A DNA stretch of 64,000 nucleotides, from positions 1 through 64,000 of IMG/VR virus record IMGVR_UViG_3300050821_007764; one strand, given 5' to 3'. Positions 60,554-64,000 of this stretch are shown here, one piece after another. Below the pieces are notes generated by a model. The model was not told where the DNA came from and ran no database searches. It saw only the letters and a list, made by a program, of their open reading frames with translations. A program made the position numbers and the translations under genes. Positions within the stretch are counted from its first letter, which is position 1, and every line of letters begins with the position of its first letter. This stretch comes from a virus.

Positions 60554-62293
60554 ATGGCCCGCTACAACATCCAGAAGCCCCCGCGCACCCAGGTCCAGGG
60601 CGGCTCCGCATACCCCGCCAAGGGCACCAGCAGCCAGCAGGCCACCGCCGTCAACGGTGAGGGCCGCACCGCATGGCTGATGGACGAGAAAACCGGGCTC
60701 TACCTCGGGGCCACCTCGGCGTTCGCCGGACAGGACACCTTCTACGAGAAGGGTGCCGAGCGCGACGAACGCCTCATCGCCTTGGCGCACAAGCTCGCCG
60801 TCGAGGACTTCGCGTGGACCTACGACTTCCTGGTCTGGCTGCGCTCCGAGGGCAATATGCGCACCGCCCCGATCATGCTCGCTGTTGAGGTTGTCCGTGC
60901 ACGCATTGCCGCCAGGGAATACGGCGCTGCCGGGTCCCGTGTACCAGAGCCGGGATCTGGCCAAGTCGCCATGACCAACCGTCGGCTCATCGATGCCGTC
61001 CTCCAGCGCGCGGACGAGCCCGGTGAAATGCTGGCCTACTGCGAGAACATCCACGGACGCCCCACGCCGAAAGCCATCAAGCGCGGTGCCGCTGACGCGG
61101 TTGCGCGCCTGTACAACGAGCGGAACTTCCTGCGCTACAACAGCGAGACCAAGGCGCTGGGGTTCGGTGCCGTGATCGAGCTCGCGCAGATGGACCGCAT
61201 TCCCGGCTGGCAGGGCGACCTGTTCCGGTACGCCATCGACATGCAGCACGGCAACGCCAAGGAGATCCCGGACAGCCTGACCGCCCTCCGGGCCCGTGAC
61301 GCGGTCAACAAGATGACGCCCCAGGAACGGCACAACACTGCCCGCCGCGAGCTGGCAGCACCCGGCTCAACGGTGCTCACGTCCGCGATGGCAGGACAGT
61401 GGGAGTGGCTCCACTCGGCACTCGGTGACACGAAGGGCGTCAAGGGCGCGCTGACCAAGAAAGAGCAGTGGGAGCTCGTTGCCCCGCAGATGGGCATCGG
61501 CGCTGTCGTCAAGAACCTGCGCAACCTGGACGAGGCCGGTTTCCGTACAGGCGATCCGGTGGTTACGCGTTTCTGCGAGCGTCTCGGCAACGAGCAGCAG
61601 ATCGCACGCTCCCGCATGTTCCCGTTTCGGTTCTTCACGGCCTACCTGATGCTAAACAGCGTCACGTGGTCCGCAGCGCTGGAACAGGCCGCCAACCACT
61701 CCCTGGCCAGCATCCCCGACCTGCCCGGCCGCACGCTGGTCCTGGTGGACACCTCGGACTCCATGAACAGCAAGGTGTCCAAGGACTCCGTCATGACCTA
61801 CATGAAGGCCGCCGCGCTGTTCGGCACCGCCTTGAAGATCAAGAGCCCGGACCGGGTCGATCTCTGGGGCTTCGCCGACGGCCAGTTCCGCGCGGACGCG
61901 GGCCACGGGTACAGCCTGCTGCGGTGTGCCGAGGACTTCACCAAGCAGTCCGGCATTGTCGGCCACGGCACCGCCATGGAGGCCGCCATTCGGGCCACCT
62001 ACGACAAGCACGACCGGGTGATCATTCTGTCGGACATGCAGGCGTTTCCCGACGAGTCCACGCTGAGCGGTTGGCCGTACCGGAACTACTACGCCCCCGG
62101 CGGAGCCATTGGCGACGTCGCCGCAGCGGTCCCGGTCAAGGTCCCTGTGTACGGATTCCACCTGGCGGCCGGAAAGACCACGCCGCTCGGAAAGGGCAAC
62201 CGGCACAGCCTGGGCGGCCTGTCGGACGCATCCTTCAAGCAGATCGGTCAGCTGGAAAAGCTGGGTGTCGGTTCCTGGCCCTGGCAGTCCTGA
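60554..62293 (+). CDS. Ro60/Rsr-like TROVE domain protein with C-terminal vWA
   Basis: DTFYE..RDER; WLRSEGNMRT; QRADEPGE; KNLRNLDEAG; SRMFPFRFFTAY; LVDTSDSM; ILSDMQ. Confidence 0.92.
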   Translation: MARYNIQKPPRTQVQGGSAYPAKGTSSQQATAVNGEGRTAWLMDEKTGLYLGATSAFAGQDTFYEKGAERDERLIALAHKLAVEDFAWTYDFLVWLRSEGNMRTAPIMLAVEVVRARIAAREYGAAGSRVPEPGSGQVAMTNRRLIDAVLQRADEPGEMLAYCENIHGRPTPKAIKRGAADAVARLYNERNFLRYNSETKALGFGAVIELAQMDRIPGWQGDLFRYAIDMQHGNAKEIPDSLTALRARDAVNKMTPQERHNTARRELAAPGSTVLTSAMAGQWEWLHSALGDTKGVKGALTKKEQWELVAPQMGIGAVVKNLRNLDEAGFRTGDPVVTRFCERLGNEQQIARSRMFPFRFFTAYLMLNSVTWSAALEQAANHSLASIPDLPGRTLVLVDTSDSMNSKVSKDSVMTYMKAAALFGTALKIKSPDRVDLWGFADGQFRADAGHGYSLLRCAEDFTKQSGIVGHGTAMEAAIRATYDKHDRVIILSDMQAFPDESTLSGWPYRNYYAPGGAIGDVAAAVPVKVPVYGFHLAAGKTTPLGKGNRHSLGGLSDASFKQIGQLEKLGVGSWPWQS

Positions 62294-62300
62294 AACGCAA

Positions 62301-62337
62301 ACAAGAGCCCCGCTCCGGAAAGGAGCGGGGCTCTTGT
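62301..62337. terminator. bidirectional terminator between convergent arms
   Basis: ACAAGAGCCCCGCTCC-GGAAA-GGAGCGGGGCTCTTGT. Confidence 0.85.
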
Positions 62338-62346
62338 GCATACAGG

Positions 62347-63174
62347 CTACTTACCGGCAACCAGGGAGTCGTACTGGACCTTGCTGATCGTGCAGCTCTT
62401 CAGGCCCAGCTTCTGGAACTCCACCAGATCAGCGTCGTCCATGACGTGCCGCAGGGTTCCGGCGCTGGTGAGCAGGAACGTGCCCGGCCAAGTCTTCGGG
62501 TCGGGGTATTCGGCGCGGTTGACGGTGACGAGGTACATGGTTTCCTCCACAGGAAGAACGACAGGGGGGACGACGACCGGCGGAACCGGCTTCGTTGGCG
62601 GAGTCACGGCAACCGGACGCGGAACCTGCCCGAAGTCCGGCACCTCGCTGTAATCGAGATCCGAACCGCCGGACAGGACCGTTCCACCAGGCTGACGGAT
62701 CGTGGCGTACGAGGCCCAGATCCCGCCGCTCCAGGCGACGGTCTGCCACAGGTACTTGATGCCGATGGAATGCGCGCCCTCAATGACGTGCAGACCGCCA
62801 TAGGTGCCCGTACGGCTCAGGCCCAGGACCGAGATGACGCCTTCGAAGTACAGGGCCACAGATGCCCAGGAGGTGTCCTCGTCCACGGCGAAATGGATGG
62901 GGGCAGTTGCTGGCAGCCCTACAGCGGCCCGCTGGGCGTCTGCCGCACGGGCATCCGCAATACCGGCTGCACGGCCCTGTGTGGCACGGCCGGTGGTGGT
63001 CTCCCACACGGAGACGATGCCGAGTCCGGCGGCGAGGTACGCGCTGACCAGAGAGTGGGTGAGGTTCTTGGTGGAATCATTGGAGAAGTACCCGGCACCC
63101 CAGTGCGCCCCGACGGCTTTCGCCTCGGCGGGGGACGGCTTGGACCAGGCGAAGTCGATACCCTCAACTGCCAT
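62347..63174 (-). CDS. endolysin, DUF1906/GH25-like glycoside hydrolase
   Basis: GIDFAW, KNLT, VSVWE, IHFAVDED, TGTYGG, WQTVAWSGG. Confidence 0.85.
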   Translation of the reverse strand: MAVEGIDFAWSKPSPAEAKAVGAHWGAGYFSNDSTKNLTHSLVSAYLAAGLGIVSVWETTTGRATQGRAAGIADARAADAQRAAVGLPATAPIHFAVDEDTSWASVALYFEGVISVLGLSRTGTYGGLHVIEGAHSIGIKYLWQTVAWSGGIWASYATIRQPGGTVLSGGSDLDYSEVPDFGQVPRPVAVTPPTKPVPPVVVPPVVLPVEETMYLVTVNRAEYPDPKTWPGTFLLTSAGTLRHVMDDADLVEFQKLGLKSCTISKVQYDSLVAGK

Positions 63175-63451
63175 CGGAGCCCCCTTCCGTCTTGCTGGTG
63201 ATATGGTCCTTCATTTCCTCGTGCCGGTCGACCTGCCGTTTCTCGGAACGCTTCTGCTCGGAGAGGACGAGCAAAGATACAGTAGCGGAGATGATGTTGG
63301 TGTAATTTCCACCAATGAGTTCGAACTTCTGGTTGGAGCCACTGAACAGGAGGGTGACGCCGAGGCAGAGGATGGCGAGGATGTGCCACCGGTTGATCGC
63401 ACCCAGTTCGACCTTGGTCAGGAGCTTGTCCACGATTTCGGGAAGCTTCAC
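63164..63451 (-). CDS. putative holin
   Basis: two TM segments, charged C-terminus, adjacent to lysin. Confidence 0.6.
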   Translation of the reverse strand: MKLPEIVDKLLTKVELGAINRWHILAILCLGVTLLFSGSNQKFELIGGNYTNIISATVSLLVLSEQKRSEKRQVDRHEEMKDHITSKTEGGSDGS

Positions 63452-63888
63452 GTGATCAGTCCTTTAACGAAGTGCTGTCCTTCGAAATCACTCGCAGATG
63501 CGACGTGCGCTCCTCCGTGACCTCTGTGGTGAAACAGGCAGAGCCACTCAAGATTGGATGCGGATTCCACCCAGGCTCCCAGCTCGTCCGGGTTGGAAAC
63601 TCCCGGGTACTGATTCTCCAGTAGAGTCAGGTCCACACCGTTCTGAAGCGCCCATTCAATATGCGTGTGATGCAGCTCCAGGGGCTTGTCCAGGGTGCAG
63701 TCCGAGGAATCTCCACGGCGCTTGCCTACCGCACATACGTACAGTTCCGGGTCGGCCTTGGTGCGGCGGTGGAACTCGTTGAAGTCTTTGTAGTGCGGGT
63801 CGCCCTCGCGGGTTCCGTGCTCCGGATAATGAATCTCATAGTGACTGGAGTGCGTCTGGGTGTGCGCCGCCACAACTTTGTCCGTCAT
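63448..63888 (-). CDS. HNH-like His/Cys-rich protein
   Basis: LELHHTHIE..NLEWLCLFHHRG..H. Confidence 0.6.
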   Translation of the reverse strand: MTDKVVAAHTQTHSSHYEIHYPEHGTREGDPHYKDFNEFHRRTKADPELYVCAVGKRRGDSSDCTLDKPLELHHTHIEWALQNGVDLTLLENQYPGVSNPDELGAWVESASNLEWLCLFHHRGHGGAHVASASDFEGQHFVKGLIT

Positions 63889-63897
63889 GGTCTCTCC

Positions 63898-64000
63898 TTA
63901 CTTCACCGGGTGCAGCCACGCGAGTAGGGCGAGGCCGACCAGGGCGATAGAGGTGAGGAACGGCCAGATGAAGCGGTGCCACTCCTTGGTCTCAGCGACG
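63898..64000 (-). CDS. partial membrane protein (C-terminal TM)
   Basis: ..WHRFIWPFLTSIALVGLALLAWLHPVK-stop. Confidence 0.55.
   Translation of the reverse strand, partial: VAETKEWHRFIWPFLTSIALVGLALLAWLHPVK

Noticed and set aside
1-64000. Integrase/att site or prophage boundary
   Set aside because: No recombinase or host housekeeping genes in the window; lifestyle cannot be determined

Overview
High-GC bacteriophage DNA, most likely from a Streptomyces or related actinobacterial phage (inferred from gene content, HrdB-type promoters and actinobacterial-style tRNAs). Nearly all genes from 1.5 to 62.3 kb lie on the + strand. 1.5-27 kb: a long run of small accessory genes with TTGACA-N17-TAGTGT-type promoters (Bro-N, LuxR, XRE, HicA-like, HAD phosphatase, many Cys-rich proteins). 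27-38 kb: vWA, DGQHR/ParB-like, AAA+, SLOG, macrodomain and Pol-beta nucleotidyltransferase genes. 38-49.6 kb: replication/recombination module (primase-helicase, DNA pol A, RuvC-like, SNF2 helicase, PD-(D/E)XK exonuclease, Sak4, SSB). 49.7-56.5 kb: tRNA and structured ncRNA region. 58-62.3 kb: RNase AS-like exonuclease and Ro60/TROVE. The window ends in a convergent minus-strand lysis cassette. Main highlights: (1) four tandem Y-RNA(YrlA)-like units ahead of Ro60, three carrying a circularly permuted tRNA and all four presenting a different anticodon loop (Ile, Cys, Gln-UUG, Gln-CUG); (2) a second, unrelated protein followed by an ncRNA with permuted tRNA-like domains and repeated AAGCUGAA motifs; (3) two D-arm-less tRNA-like RNAs, one resembling a mini-tmRNA; (4) an orphan FxSxx-COOH RiPP-precursor-like peptide; (5) a release-factor domain with the GGQ loop deleted. 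All RNA folds were derived by eye and all family calls come from motif recognition; no searches were run.
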